A DNA stretch of 64,000 bases from Bacteroidales bacterium (GTDB taxonomy: Bacteria; Bacteroidota; Bacteroidia; Bacteroidales; UBA7960). Each line of letters starts with the position of its first letter. Within the stretch, counting starts at the first letter, position 1. Below the pieces are notes generated by a model. That model was not told the origin of the DNA. It did not search any database and worked only from the letters and a program-made list of their open reading frames with translations. The stretch covers positions 38,411 through 102,410 of the forward strand of contig JAAYLH010000009.1 in assembly GCA_012521995.1 (NCBI GenBank), written 5' to 3'. Shown piece by piece: positions 39,223-49,354 of the stretch. The translations under genes were made by a program, and so were the position numbers.

Positions 39223-40297
39223 ATTTAGGCGCTATCTTATAGAGGTATATCCCGATCAGTCCGAAAACGAGGTTGGGAATCCATACCGAGGGCAGGGGGT
39301 GCAGGTTGCCCTTGGTGGCAAATGTAGTGGAAATCTGCATAAATAAAATAAAGGCAAAGCTGAAGGCCAACCCTGCTCCCAGGTGCAACCCGATACCACC
39401 CCTGGCCTTGCGGCTCGAAAGCGACACCCCGATCAACGTCAGCACCAGCGTGGCAAAGGGGAAGGCCGTCCGTCTGTACATCTCCACTTCGTAAAACTTT
39501 ACGTTCTCTGAGCCTTTCAGCCGTTCGTTGCGGATATAATCCCTCAGTTCGGTGTAGTTCATAGTCTCCATCTCCTTCAGGTTCTGGATGAAGTCGCGCG
39601 GAGTGAAGGGTAACACGGTGTCGAGGCGATTGCCAAACGAAAGCTCTTCCTGCATCCCGGTGATGGTGCGCACGTAATAATTCTCAATGCCCCAGCTCCC
39701 GTTGATGCTGTCCCAGCGAATGTTGTCGGCGCTCATCTTGTACACCAGCTTCCCTTCTTCGATCTTCTCCAGCGAAAAACGCCAGCCAATGCCGCTGCGG
39801 TCATTGTACGACTCCATGAAAATAAAGGTCCCGGGCCTTACCTGCATGTGGATGTTACGCTCCCTGAAGGCTGGCGGGTTTTTTATGTACACAGCCTCAA
39901 AATCAAGGCGCTTCTTATTGGCAGGCGGAATGATGATGTTGGCCAGGTAAAAGGTGAGTAGCCCCAGGAAAAGGGCCGAGATCAGGTAGGGAACCATCAG
40001 CCGCTTGAAACTCAGGCCTGAACTCAGCATGGCGACAATTTCTGTGTTTGTGGCCAGGCGCGATGTGAAAAAAATTACCGCAATGAAGGTGAACAGGGGA
40101 CTGAACAGGTTGATGAAATAAGGGATGAAGTTCAGGTAGTACGAAAAGATAATCTCCTTCAGCGGGGCTTGCTTCTCAATGAAATCGTCGATTTTTTCCG
40201 AAAAGTCAAAAACGATGACGATCACGATGATCAGGGCCATAGCAAAGAAGAAGGTCCCCAAAAATTTCTTGATGATATACCAGTCGAGTTTTTTCAC
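39221..40297 (-). CDS. LptF/LptG family LPS export permease
   Basis: KKLDWYIIKKFL, EIVAMLSSG.S..RL and WIPNL motifs. Confidence 0.92.
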   Translation of the reverse strand: MKKLDWYIIKKFLGTFFFAMALIIVIVIVFDFSEKIDDFIEKQAPLKEIIFSYYLNFIPYFINLFSPLFTFIAVIFFTSRLATNTEIVAMLSSGLSFKRLMVPYLISALFLGLLTFYLANIIIPPANKKRLDFEAVYIKNPPAFRERNIHMQVRPGTFIFMESYNDRSGIGWRFSLEKIEEGKLVYKMSADNIRWDSINGSWGIENYYVRTITGMQEELSFGNRLDTVLPFTPRDFIQNLKEMETMNYTELRDYIRNERLKGSENVKFYEVEMYRRTAFPFATLVLTLIGVSLSSRKARGGIGLHLGAGLAFSFAFILFMQISTTFATKGNLHPLPSVWIPNLVFGLIGIYLYKIAPK

Positions 40298-40366
40298 CGG
40301 GCTGATGCCTGTATGGTAATGTGATTATTTGCTTCTTATTCTCAACGGCTCAAAGTTACGCTTATT

Positions 40367-41497
40367 TTACAATCGTTGGCTGAGGCGTTTAACCGCGCTC
40401 GTCTTCCAGGAGCTGAAATCGCCTTCTGAGATATGCTGCCCTGCCTGTTTTACAAGCTCGAGGTAAAAGCTCAGGTTGTGCATAGTGGCAATCATGGGCC
40501 CCAGCATTTCATTGCCTACGAAAAGGTGCCTCAGGTAGGCCTTGCTGTAATGATGGTCAACATAAGCTGTGCCATTGGGGTCGATGGGGCTGTAGTCGTC
40601 CTTCCATTTTTGGTTGCGGATGTTGATGATGCCTTCGCTGGTGAACAGCGTGCCGTTGCGGCCGTTACGGGTGGGCATCACACAGTCGAACATATCCACC
40701 CCCAGGGCAATACTCTCGAGGATATTCACGGGGGTGCCCACCCCCATCAGGTATCGGGGCTTGTTCTGGGGCAAAATAGCACAGACCAGTTCGGTCATCT
40801 CATACATTACTTCTGCGGGCTCACCCACCGACAACCCGCCGATGGCATTGCCTTCGCGCCCGCAGTCGGCTACAAAACGCGCCGACTCTGTCCGCAGGTC
40901 CTTAAAGGTGCTGCCCTGCACAATGGGGAAGAGTGCCTGACGGGGGCCGTAATGTCCCTGGCCCGCATCGAAGTGATCGATGCAGCGCTTCAGCCAGGCT
41001 TGGGTGATGTTCAAAGATTTTTTGGCATAGTCGTAATCGCATGGGTAGGGCGTACATTCGTCAAAAGCCATAATAATGTCAGCCCCGATTACGCGCTGAA
41101 TGTCCATCACCCGCTCGGGTGTGAACAAATGGCGCGAGCCATCGATGTGCGATTGAAACGTCACCCCTTCTTCGGTGAGCTTGCGGCGATGGGTCAGCGA
41201 ATATACCTGATAACCTCCGCTGTCGGTCAGGATGGGCTTGTCCCAGTGCATGAAGCGGTGCAGCCCTCCTGCATTTGACAATACTTCCAGCCCCGGCCTA
41301 AGGTATAAATGGTAGGTATTGCCCAGGATGATCTGTGCCTTCACTTCCTCCTCCAGATCGCGGTGATGCATGGCCTTCACCGTGCCCGCCGTGCCCACAG
41401 GCATAAAAATGGGGGTTTCTATGCGGCCGTGATCCGTGAGGATAGATCCCCTGCGGGCACTGCTCTCTTTGTCACGCGCACTAATGATAAACTCCAT
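40367..41497 (-). CDS. tgt: tRNA-guanine(34) transglycosylase
   Basis: TPIFMPVGT, GNTYHL, TDSGGYQ and DMFDCVMPTRNGR motifs. Confidence 0.97.
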   Translation of the reverse strand: MEFIISARDKESSARRGSILTDHGRIETPIFMPVGTAGTVKAMHHRDLEEEVKAQIILGNTYHLYLRPGLEVLSNAGGLHRFMHWDKPILTDSGGYQVYSLTHRRKLTEEGVTFQSHIDGSRHLFTPERVMDIQRVIGADIIMAFDECTPYPCDYDYAKKSLNITQAWLKRCIDHFDAGQGHYGPRQALFPIVQGSTFKDLRTESARFVADCGREGNAIGGLSVGEPAEVMYEMTELVCAILPQNKPRYLMGVGTPVNILESIALGVDMFDCVMPTRNGRNGTLFTSEGIINIRNQKWKDDYSPIDPNGTAYVDHHYSKAYLRHLFVGNEMLGPMIATMHNLSFYLELVKQAGQHISEGDFSSWKTSAVKRLSQRL

Positions 41498-41584
41498 ACG
41501 CCTTTTCTGAAATTTTCCGCAAAGATAGAAACTATTCCACAGGATTGGGTAATTTTGCAGCTTTCCAAAACCCCGCTTATATCT

Positions 41585-42727
41585 ATGGAGTGGCTCAGGG
41601 AGGTCCCGCTTACGTATGATTGGATTCTGCTTTATGCCTTTGGCCTCACAGCCCTCGTCCAGCTGTTCTACTACTGGTTTTTCTTTAGCCGCTTGGCTTT
41701 CAAAAAACCACGCAAGCCCTATGACTCCACTCCGCCCGTCACCGTCATTATCTGCGCCAAAAACGAATACCTCAATCTGGAGGAAAACCTGCCCGCCTTC
41801 CTCGAGCAGGATTATCCTGACTACGAGGTGCTGGTGATCAACGATGGCTCAGACGACGATACCGAGCTGTTGCTGCACGAATACAAGGGCCGCTTCCCGC
41901 GCCTGAGGGTGGTGCAGTTGCAGAAAAACGTCAATTTCTTTTCGGGCAAGAAGTTCCCCCTGGCCATTGGCATCAAGGAAGCCAGGCATAATATGCTGTT
42001 GCTTACCGATGCCGACTGCCGCCCTGACAGCCCCCATTGGATTGCCTCCATGGTGTCGGGCTTCGACCCCGCCACGGAAATCGTGCTGGGCTACGGGCCT
42101 TACCGCAAAAGCAAGGGACTGCTCAATCAGCTGATTCGCTACGACAGTTTTTTCATTGCCCTTCAATACCTTTCCTATGCCCTGGCAGGACAGGCCTATA
42201 TGGGCGTGGGACGCAACCTGGCTTACCGGCGCGAAGTGTTTTACAGGGTGAAGGGCTTCACCTCCCACTATAAGGTCGCATCGGGCGATGATGACCTGTT
42301 TGTCAACCAAGCCGCCACCCCTCGTAATGTCCGCATCGAAGTCCGCCCCGAAGCACATACCCTCTCCCTTCCAAAGGAGACCCTAGGAAAATGGTTTCAC
42401 CAGAAACGCCGCCATATGACCACGGGGAAATACTACAGGCCAAAATTCAAATTCCTGCTGGGGCTCTTCAGCCTTTCACAGGCTTTGTTTTATCTCCTTT
42501 TTATCATTATCCTTGCCTGCTGCTTTTTTTCAACAATTGCCCTGATTGCCGCGGCAATCTTCGCCCTTCGTATGATAAGTATGTTAATAATTTTTTTCAG
42601 GGCAGGAAAAAAGTTAAATCAAAGCCGATTATCTTTATATTCGCCGCTGTTTGATATTATGATGCTGGCGCTGAACCTGATTTTTTCTTTTTCAGCCTTG
42701 TTTTACTACAATAACCGATGGAAGTGA
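41585..42727 (+). CDS. GT2 family membrane glycosyltransferase
   Basis: VIICAKNE, VINDGSDD, TDADC, GDDD and QKRRH motifs; ATG at 41585. Confidence 0.9.
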   Translation: MEWLREVPLTYDWILLYAFGLTALVQLFYYWFFFSRLAFKKPRKPYDSTPPVTVIICAKNEYLNLEENLPAFLEQDYPDYEVLVINDGSDDDTELLLHEYKGRFPRLRVVQLQKNVNFFSGKKFPLAIGIKEARHNMLLLTDADCRPDSPHWIASMVSGFDPATEIVLGYGPYRKSKGLLNQLIRYDSFFIALQYLSYALAGQAYMGVGRNLAYRREVFYRVKGFTSHYKVASGDDDLFVNQAATPRNVRIEVRPEAHTLSLPKETLGKWFHQKRRHMTTGKYYRPKFKFLLGLFSLSQALFYLLFIIILACCFFSTIALIAAAIFALRMISMLIIFFRAGKKLNQSRLSLYSPLFDIMMLALNLIFSFSALFYYNNRWK

Positions 42728-43323
42728 AGACCAAGCTTACCGAAAAAGGACAGAAAGACTACCTGCTGGTGAGGGAGGCTGTGGACAAAGGCGACCAACG
42801 GGCCTATTCCGAGTTGATGGATCGTTACAAGGACACCATTTATTTCATGCTGCTCAAAATGGCCGGTAATACCGAGGACGCTGAAGACCTCACCGTCGAA
42901 GCTTTCGGAAAGGCTTTCAAAAACCTCGAACAATACACCCCCGATTACGCCTTCAGCACCTGGCTTTTTAAGATCGCTTCAAACAACTGTATCGACTTCC
43001 TGCGCAAGAAGAAAAAAAACGTGCTCAATTACGAGGCCAACGAAGAACTCAACGAGTCGTATAAGGCCAGCAACCTGCCGTCTGACACCGGCGATCCTGA
43101 AGAGAAACTGTTGCGCAGCCAGAAGGTGAAGATGATGCGGGAGGTGGTCGACGGTCTCAAGCCCCGCTACCGGCAGCTTATCGAACTGCGCTACTTCCAG
43201 GAACTGAGCTACGAGGAAATCTGCGAAGAGCTGAACCTCCCCCTGGGCACCGTCAAGGCTCAGCTCTTTCGCGCACGCGAGTTCCTCTACAATATCCTCA
43301 AGAACTCGAGGGATAACTTCTGA
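42718..43323 (+). CDS. ECF-type sigma-70 factor
   Basis: AEDL..EAF, FSTWLFKIA.N and SYEEI..L..PLGTVK..LFRAR motifs. Confidence 0.93.
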   Translation: MEVKTKLTEKGQKDYLLVREAVDKGDQRAYSELMDRYKDTIYFMLLKMAGNTEDAEDLTVEAFGKAFKNLEQYTPDYAFSTWLFKIASNNCIDFLRKKKKNVLNYEANEELNESYKASNLPSDTGDPEEKLLRSQKVKMMREVVDGLKPRYRQLIELRYFQELSYEEICEELNLPLGTVKAQLFRAREFLYNILKNSRDNF

Positions 43324-43407
43324 AACCCCGTTTTTTTTCTGAAGCATCCCTGTCGTGGATGTTTACCCGATTATTACAGGGGTGTTTTGGCCCCCCTCCT
43401 TAATGGT

Positions 43408-43512
43408 ATCCCCATCGTTCTTGGGCTGTTCTTACACCTTTTAAAGGGGGAGTTAAAACAGCCTAGGAAAGGACTTGGTACGGACTTGGTACGGACTTGG
43501 TAGGGAGAAAAC
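43408..43512. repeat. 11-bp-period repeat element (degenerate copy 3) with GGACTTGGTA x3
   Basis: Tandem ggacttggtac ggacttggtac ggacttggtag at 43471-43503. Imperfect inverted repeat at 43418-43430/43457-43469. Confidence 0.75.
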
Positions 43513-43922
43513 CTCCCTTTAGGGTATTGTTAAAGTCATTCCCCAACCCTATGTCGTAATTGCCTGTCAGACGTAAAAAGACCCAGAAAAGGAGTTTGGC
43601 AGGCTATTGATTCAACGAAAATAAATAATTAAGAAGAACAGGGAACATATTTAATGAATGTAAATACAATAAATGGTTTTTGTTGTTGATAATGAATGAT
43701 TAGGTTTTGGGGGTTGAAGGGCTGGGTCAGCTATGGGCAGGGGACTTGAAGGGTATTGAAGGAAATTTGTTAGTTGGGTAGATAACTACGAAGGCCGCTG
43801 AAGTCTCAAAATACCATTGATGATGCAGTGATCAGGAGCCGACATTTTTTGCCTTATGGTTTTTGAATTCAGAAAAAGTTTAGTTTTGAGGGTTTGTTTG
43901 TTAGCCATGAAAGCCCTTGAAA

Positions 43923-44708
43923 ATGAATAATTTCACCACAAAAATATTTCCAAAATCAAGGATTGCCACCCAGGATATTTGTGCCATGGGGCTGAGGAAA
44001 CACCACGTGGTGGTTATGATTGAACTGGATGTTACAGCCGCCCGGGCCAAATTAAAGGAACATAAAAAGTGCAGGGAAAGGATCTCATTTTTTGGCTGGC
44101 TGATCAAGGCCATCAGTGTCAGTATTAAGGATCACAGGCCGGTTGCAGCCTTCTTGAAAGGAAAACGCAAATTGTTCATATTCAATGATATAAACCTATC
44201 TGTTGCCATTGAAAAAGAAATCGCCGGGAACAGAGTGCCCATTCCGCTGGTCATTGAAAATGCCGGTGAAAAAACAATTGAGGCCATCACTGCAGAAATA
44301 AGCCAGGCCAAGGAGCAGGTACTGACCGACCAGGATATTGTGCTGCAAAACAAATCAAACAGGTGGGAGCAAATTTATTATGTGTTGCCGGGCTTTGCCA
44401 GGCGCTGGTTTTGGCATTATTTAACCAGTCACCCAAGGATAGCATATAAAAAAATGGGGAATGTGGCCATCACTTCGGTAGGGGGGCTGGGTGGCGCAAA
44501 TGCATGGTTTACACCCATATCGGTTCACCCGGTTTGTTTTGGGATAGGCGATGTTGTGAAAAAACCAGTGGTCATCAACGACAGCATTGAAATCAGGGAA
44601 ATATTGAACATGACCATTCTGCTCGATCATGATGTGGCGGACGGCATGGAAATGGCCAGATTCATCAAGCGGTTGAAAAATAATATTGAGCAAGGAGTTG
44701 ATTTGTGA
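43923..44708 (+). CDS. Stand-alone 2-oxoacid-dehydrogenase E2-like acyltransferase catalytic domain
   Basis: ELDVT, GNVAITSVG, KKPVVI and DHDVADG motifs; no lipoyl domain. Confidence 0.82.
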   Translation: MNNFTTKIFPKSRIATQDICAMGLRKHHVVVMIELDVTAARAKLKEHKKCRERISFFGWLIKAISVSIKDHRPVAAFLKGKRKLFIFNDINLSVAIEKEIAGNRVPIPLVIENAGEKTIEAITAEISQAKEQVLTDQDIVLQNKSNRWEQIYYVLPGFARRWFWHYLTSHPRIAYKKMGNVAITSVGGLGGANAWFTPISVHPVCFGIGDVVKKPVVINDSIEIREILNMTILLDHDVADGMEMARFIKRLKNNIEQGVDL

Positions 44709-44916
44709 CCTTACCTGGTCAGAGGCTGATCTTTCCCTGATCAAGATACCAAAAGTTTGGCCCCACTATTCTTCGGTTCGTTTTTAGATTTTTTATTCCC
44801 TGAGGGGGTTATTTATGAAATCTGTTTGGAAATATTTATTTTTACGGACACATGTGGTTTATTTACAATGATCGATTGTTTTTTGATCTATCAATGGCCA
44901 GGCAGGGCGGAAAAAT

Positions 44917-45624
44917 ATGCTTAAAAAAGAATTTTCTTTTAAAATACCCCCAAAGAAATTTCAGCCCAAAGGGCTGACCATTCTTTATGAGGACCAGCAT
45001 ATCCTTATCGTGGATAAGATACAGGGGTTGCTGACGATGGGGACAGATAGGGAAAAGGAAAAAACTGCTTATTTCCTTTTGAATTCGTATGTAAAAAAAG
45101 GGAATGAGCGATCGAGAAACCGGGTGTTCATAGTCCATCGCCTGGACAGGGACACTTCGGGGCTTTTGGTTTTTGCCAAAAATGAATACGCAAAACGGTT
45201 TCTGCAGGATCACTGGCAGGGGTTTAGCAAAAAATATTATGCAGTGGTACACGGGAAGTTTCGGGAGAAAGAAGGTGAGATTTCCTCTTTCCTGTTTGAA
45301 AGCAAGGCTTATAAAGTGCATTCTGTAAATGATCCCGAATCAGGGAAATTTGCCAAAACAGGCTTTAAGGTCCTGAAAGAATCGGAAAAATATAGCCTGC
45401 TGGAGATCAGTTTGTTTACGGGAAGAAAAAACCAGATCCGCGTGCATTTATCTGATGAGGGACATCCGGTTGCCGGCGATAAAGTTTACGGCAATCCTGA
45501 TAAAGAAATGAAAAGGTTAGCCCTTCACGCTTACTCGCTAACCATTTCCCATCCGTTTTCAAAAAAGGAAATGCGCTTTGAAACAAAGATTCCCGAGTAT
45601 TTTAAGGAACTGGTAAAGAGTTAG
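44917..45624 (+). CDS. RluA-family pseudouridine synthase
   Basis: VHRLDRDTSG, TGRKNQIRVH, GDKVYG and LALHA motifs. Confidence 0.93.
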   Translation: MLKKEFSFKIPPKKFQPKGLTILYEDQHILIVDKIQGLLTMGTDREKEKTAYFLLNSYVKKGNERSRNRVFIVHRLDRDTSGLLVFAKNEYAKRFLQDHWQGFSKKYYAVVHGKFREKEGEISSFLFESKAYKVHSVNDPESGKFAKTGFKVLKESEKYSLLEISLFTGRKNQIRVHLSDEGHPVAGDKVYGNPDKEMKRLALHAYSLTISHPFSKKEMRFETKIPEYFKELVKS

Positions 45625-45758
45625 TTGGCTTCCATGGTCGCTCTCAAATGCAAGTTCGGAAAATTGAAATTTCACTTGCCATTCGCCAAATGATAAACGA
45701 CAGGCAAAGCCCTGAGGGAACCTGGAAATGAATATTTTATCAATTTTAGCATTTCAAT

Positions 45759-46331
45759 ATGAAACAAGACGAATTTAAGGAACTTAGGACGGAAATCCAG
45801 CTTGAGGCAAAAAAGGGCATTGATTTTATCCTGGGGGCAGGCATCATTTGGCTTGGGATTTATTTCATCTGGAGGCTGGATCAGCCTTCATACGAAAAAA
45901 GCATCCTGACTTTTATGTTCGGGGCTTTGCTGCTTCCCACCGCCCTTGGTTTGTCGAAGGTTTTTAAAACCAACTGGAAGATCAAGGATAATCCCTTGCA
46001 GCCGCTTGGCCTGTGGCTGAATTTCGCCCAGCTGATCTATTTCCCCTTCCTGATATTTGTGCTGATCAGGTATCCCGACTATTTCATTATGGCTTATGCC
46101 ATCATTACCGGGGCTCACCTTTTTCCCTATGCCTGGTTTTACGACGAAACAGGGTATGCTGTGGCAGCCATTTTGATTTCTGTGGGCTCCCTGCTCATTG
46201 CACTGAGCTCCGCCGTGGGAAACATCGCATGGATCCCGTTATTTACTTCAGTGGCTTTATTGTTTTTGGCTGCCTGGATTTTTATGGCAAACAGAAGGTT
46301 AAGAAAAGAAAACGCCATCCGGGGAAACTGA
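45759..46331 (+). CDS. Membrane protein (DUF7010-like)
   Basis: About 6 TM segments; NPLQPLG and GAHLFPYAW motifs. Confidence 0.7.
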   Translation: MKQDEFKELRTEIQLEAKKGIDFILGAGIIWLGIYFIWRLDQPSYEKSILTFMFGALLLPTALGLSKVFKTNWKIKDNPLQPLGLWLNFAQLIYFPFLIFVLIRYPDYFIMAYAIITGAHLFPYAWFYDETGYAVAAILISVGSLLIALSSAVGNIAWIPLFTSVALLFLAAWIFMANRRLRKENAIRGN

Positions 46332-46371
46332 AAAATCAGGGGGTGGGTTCCATTGTAAGGGAGGTCTTTTG

Positions 46372-47178
46372 ATGAACGAAAAGAAGCTTGACAAAAGGAA
46401 GACCCTGGAAGAGTCCATTGCAGCGGCAATGGATTGCGAGGAAAAAGGGATCATGCCTTTCTTGCCTTATATCCTTCAGGATTTCTGGGAGATGGGTTCT
46501 GATCCTGAAACGATTATTGGCCTGGTCAGGAAATTTACTGGCGGCCTTGACAGCCCCAAAGTTCTTGATTTAGGCTGCGGTAAAGGGGCTGTTTCAGTAA
46601 AAATTGCAGCAGAGCTGGGTCTGGAATGCCTTGGCATCGATGGCATTCCTGAATTCATTGATTATGCCAGATCCAAGGCCCATGAATTTAAAGTGAGTGA
46701 ATTATGCCGTTTTGAGGTGGGGGATATCAGGGAAAAGATCAAGGGCCTGAAGCAATATGATGTCATTATCCTGGGGGCCATTGGGCCAGTGTTTGGTGAT
46801 TATTTTGAAACCCTGAGCATCCTCAAGCCTTATCTGAAAAAGCACGGAATCCTTATCGTGGATGATGGATTTACAGAGGATGGAAGTGAATTCTCCCATC
46901 CGCAGGTTTTAAAAAGAGGTGAATTGCTTCAACAGGTCTCCAGGGCTGGTATGTTGATGGCAGATGAAGTTCAGGTTATTGTTGATCAGGGCATTACGGA
47001 TAATCACCAACGGGAATATGACCGTATTGTCAAGCGCTCGCAGGAATTGATGGAGCGCTTTCCTGAAAAAGCCGGTATGTTTTTTGATTATGTGAACAAA
47101 CAGCGGGAAGAATACGAGTCCTTTCAATTTGACATCATTTGCTCGACGATGGTGTTCAAAAAGAAAGGGTCACAATAG
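46372..47178 (+). CDS. Class I SAM-dependent methyltransferase
   Basis: VLDLGCGKG motif I. Confidence 0.85.
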   Translation: MNEKKLDKRKTLEESIAAAMDCEEKGIMPFLPYILQDFWEMGSDPETIIGLVRKFTGGLDSPKVLDLGCGKGAVSVKIAAELGLECLGIDGIPEFIDYARSKAHEFKVSELCRFEVGDIREKIKGLKQYDVIILGAIGPVFGDYFETLSILKPYLKKHGILIVDDGFTEDGSEFSHPQVLKRGELLQQVSRAGMLMADEVQVIVDQGITDNHQREYDRIVKRSQELMERFPEKAGMFFDYVNKQREEYESFQFDIICSTMVFKKKGSQ

Positions 47179-47256
47179 TTTCAGAACATTTTTCTGACCC
47201 ATGCGCAGAGAAATTTTACATGCTGTTTCAATAGAAAAATGATAGGCTATCGAAAA

Positions 47257-47275
47257 TCCAGGATTTATTCAGAAT
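47257..47275 (+). promoter_or_regulatory. Putative OmpR-type tandem binding site (TCCAGGA..TTCAGAAT)
   Basis: Direct repeat with 11-bp spacing upstream of the response regulator; a similar site lies at 49234-49252. Confidence 0.5.
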
Positions 47276-47305
47276 TGATGTCATACCTTGCGGAAATTTT
47301 TAGGC

Positions 47306-47983
47306 ATGAAAATACTGGTGATAGAGGATAATAGGGAATTGCTGGATTTAATCGCGGAAACGCTTAGGAAAGAAAAGTATGTCTGTGAATTGGCGGACCG
47401 CTTTAGCCTGGCCGAGGAGAAAGTCCACCTGTATTCTTATGACATTCTGGTGGTGGATATCAATTTGCCCGATGGTTCAGGGCTGGATATCATCAGGGCT
47501 ATCAAGAAGATCAACCCTCATGCCGGGGTTATTGTGATCTCTGCCCGTGACTCTCTTGATAATAAGATTGAAGGGCTGGAGCTTGGGGCTGACGACTATA
47601 TCACCAAGCCCTTTGACATGGCGGAACTGGTGGTCAGGGTGAAGTCATTGCTCAGGCGAAGGTATTATTCAGGAAGCGACATTATTACCCAGGGAGATAT
47701 CACCCTTAATACTTCCACCAGGGAGGTAAAGGTGGGCGCTACACTTGTTGAATTGACCCGCAGCGAGTACGACATCCTGCTGTTTTTCTTCTCGAATCCG
47801 GGGAGAGTGATCTCAAAGGAAAGCCTGGCAGAGCACATTTGGGGAGACCATATGGATCTGGCTGATTCCTTTGATTTTATATACTCGCACATCAAGAACC
47901 TTCGGAAAAAGTTTACTGTTGCCGGGGCTTCCGACCCAATCAAAGCGGTATATGGGATGGGGTATAAACTGGAAATAAACTGA
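47306..47983 (+). CDS. OmpR-family response regulator
   Basis: MKILVIEDN, VDINLPDG, GADDYITKPF and winged-helix HIKNLRKK/YGMGYK motifs. Confidence 0.93.
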   Translation: MKILVIEDNRELLDLIAETLRKEKYVCELADRFSLAEEKVHLYSYDILVVDINLPDGSGLDIIRAIKKINPHAGVIVISARDSLDNKIEGLELGADDYITKPFDMAELVVRVKSLLRRRYYSGSDIITQGDITLNTSTREVKVGATLVELTRSEYDILLFFFSNPGRVISKESLAEHIWGDHMDLADSFDFIYSHIKNLRKKFTVAGASDPIKAVYGMGYKLEIN

Positions 47984-47988
47984 CCTGC

Positions 47989-49230
47989 ATGAAATTAATC
48001 CGCCGTACCTACAGGCTTTCCCTTTTGTGGCTTTTGCCCGTGCTGCTTTTGGGCAGTATTTTTGTTTTTTTCATGATCAACTACGTTGTTTATGAGGAAA
48101 CTGACGAGTTTTTGATCTATGAAATGAACCGCCTGGTGAGTTTTCATAGAGAGTACAATGACCTGCCCGATTTTCATATGGTTTCTGATATTCTTGAAGA
48201 TGTGGATTATCCCGAGCCTGTTTTTAAGGACACCCTGTTGCTGGAATCCGGGGATAATGAAATGGTGCCTTACCGGGAGTTGTATTTTACAATTGACCAC
48301 AGAGGGAAAAAGGTGACCCTGGTGTTAAGGCACCTTTTGGTCGGCGAGGATGATATTCTGAGGGGCACCCTCCTGATCGTTGCAGGACTGGCTTTGTTGG
48401 TGGCCATTACCTTCCTGCTGATGATCAAACAGGTGTCGGGAAAGATTTGGAAGCCTTTTTACCAGACCTTAAAGACCATCAGGGGCTTTAAGATCAATGA
48501 ACCCGTGCCCGCCCTTCCTGTAACAGGGATTGATGAGTTCAATACCCTCAATACCACCGTGGAAGGATTCCTGAAAAAGATCAGCACCGACTATAAGCGT
48601 ACCAAGGAGTTTAACGAGAATGCCTCCCATGAATTGCAGACCCACCTGGCGGTAATTCGTGCCAACGCCGAGTTTTTACTAAATGAACCGGAGGCCGAAA
48701 AACCGGATGAAAAGCATCTTCAAGCCATTTACAATGCAACAGTAAAACTTTCGCAAACACAGAAGTCCCTCTTGCTTTTAAGCAAAATTGGCAATCAGGA
48801 ATTCAATAATCCGGTGGCCCTTGACTTGGGTGAAGTGCTTAAGCAGTCGCTGCAATTGTTCAGGGATGCTGCGGAATTGCGGGATATTTCCGTGAGGCAA
48901 GACATTGGAAAATGTACGCTTCAAATGGACCCCGGCCTTGCAGATGTCATGGTCAACAACCTGGTAAAGAATTCGGTGAAGCACAATGTAAAGGGTGGGT
49001 ATATTTCTATCCTGCTTGAGTCTTCCTCTCTAACGATTGAAAACAGTGGGCATTCCCATGAGGGTGAGCCCGAGACCCTGCTGGAACGCTTCAAAACAGG
49101 CACTAAGGGGAACCTGGGAATTGGTCTGGCCATTGTTAAACAGATCTGCGATTTATACAAGTTTGACATTTTGTATCGCATTGAGAAAGAAAATGTGCAT
49201 TTTATAAAAGTTTCCTTCCCCAAAGCCTAA
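47989..49230 (+). CDS. Sensor histidine kinase
   Basis: Two TM segments, H-box NASHELQT, N-box NLVKN.VKH and G-box GIGLAIV. Confidence 0.92.
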   Translation: MKLIRRTYRLSLLWLLPVLLLGSIFVFFMINYVVYEETDEFLIYEMNRLVSFHREYNDLPDFHMVSDILEDVDYPEPVFKDTLLLESGDNEMVPYRELYFTIDHRGKKVTLVLRHLLVGEDDILRGTLLIVAGLALLVAITFLLMIKQVSGKIWKPFYQTLKTIRGFKINEPVPALPVTGIDEFNTLNTTVEGFLKKISTDYKRTKEFNENASHELQTHLAVIRANAEFLLNEPEAEKPDEKHLQAIYNATVKLSQTQKSLLLLSKIGNQEFNNPVALDLGEVLKQSLQLFRDAAELRDISVRQDIGKCTLQMDPGLADVMVNNLVKNSVKHNVKGGYISILLESSSLTIENSGHSHEGEPETLLERFKTGTKGNLGIGLAIVKQICDLYKFDILYRIEKENVHFIKVSFPKA

Positions 49231-49233
49231 AAC

Positions 49234-49267
49234 TCCAGTTTTTCTCCAGAATCGTGTTTTAGTTTTG
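49234..49267 (+). promoter_or_regulatory. Second putative response-regulator tandem site plus -7 element
   Basis: TCCAGTT..TCCAGAAT (11-bp spacing) followed by TAGTTTTG. Confidence 0.5.
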
Positions 49268-49354
49268 TCCTGGAATTACAACAATCCAAGTATTCCGGGA
49301 GGAGTCCTGAAAATCCCCAAAAGAGAGTAAGGAATAAAAAAAAAGAGAAAATAA

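Noticed and set aside
40433-41278. 281-aa plus-strand ORF
   Set aside because: Antisense shadow of tgt with no recognisable motifs.
41309-41584. N-terminal extension of the GT2 ORF
   Set aside because: It overlaps tgt on the opposite strand; a -7 element at 41550-41557 supports the ATG at 41585.
43923-47178. Integron-like cassette array
   Set aside because: The genes are co-oriented, but I see no repeated attC-like sites between them and no integrase.
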